The notes under the pieces are model-generated. The model was not told the origin of the DNA. It worked only from the letters and a program-made list of their open reading frames with translations, and did no database searches. A program made the translations under genes and the position numbers. From Octopus bimaculoides (lineage: Eukaryota): a stretch of 64,000 bases of DNA. The stretch lies in contig NC_068990.1 in NCBI RefSeq assembly GCF_001194135.2, positions 408,992 to 472,991 of the forward strand, written 5' to 3'. Positions within the stretch are counted from its first letter, which is position 1. Every line of letters starts with the position of its first letter. Positions 63,573 through 64,000 of this stretch are shown in pieces.

Positions 63573-63794
63573 AAGTGGTTCACTTTTTGCCTATGGACAC
63601 CATTGATTCTCTTTTCACTCTACTGGATCCCCCTGTTAAAAAAAAATCCTATATTTTTATAATTAAATATGAGAAAATTGTTAAAATACTTTGTGTATTG
63701 TGAAAGTATAACTAATTTATTGCTCATAAACTTTAATAAACAAAATCTTATATGGACCCCCAAGTGCTATATGGACTTTGGTTGAGAACCACTG
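63573..63794. mobile_element. hAT (Charlie-like) MITE with 8-bp TSD
   Basis: Ends AAGTGGTTCAC and GTTGAGAACCACTG. Flanks ATGTAAAT (63565-63572) and ATGTAGAT (63795-63802). A related 3' end lies at ~39695-39742. Confidence 0.75.
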
Positions 63795-64000
63795 ATGTAG
63801 ATATCTCATTGACTCGCTCTTTTGTTGGTTTATTTTGCAACTGAAATCTCCTGGTATCACTCATGTCATGAGATTTTATAGAGGTTCTAATTTAAATATG
63901 CACAAATGAATACATAAGAAAAGGATGCAACATATTAAAAAGCAATTTATCTTAACATATTCCTAAATAAACTGTAAAACAGCATGACACTGATATATCA

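Overview
Eukaryotic, AT-rich, gapped draft-assembly sequence made up mostly of microsatellites and interspersed repeats. The SINE families resemble those I associate with octopod genomes (inference). Transposon relics I can recognise: a Tc1-like transposase (~537-1795), an internally deleted mariner-type element, a near full-length decayed RTE LINE (~3280-7068), a second RTE lineage (35600-37130), CR1-like LINE pieces (20345-20760, 57360-60231), an RLE-type (HERO/R2-group) remnant, a CGGBP-like hAT transposase relic, several MITEs (9-bp-TSD, hAT, piggyBac-like, Tigger-like), a Helitron-like 3' end and dozens of SINE copies from at least four families. No intact gene is visible. Two short minus-strand exon candidates (50867-50905 and a stop-containing exon starting at 34673) splice in frame. 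A sharp CpG-rich to CpG-depleted transition at ~20.2 kb, next to a dense CpG cluster, suggests a methylated gene-body domain to the right. The most unusual element is a composite at 33235-33569: a tRNA-like Pol III head duplicated as an inverted repeat, joined to a hammerhead-ribozyme-core-like motif.
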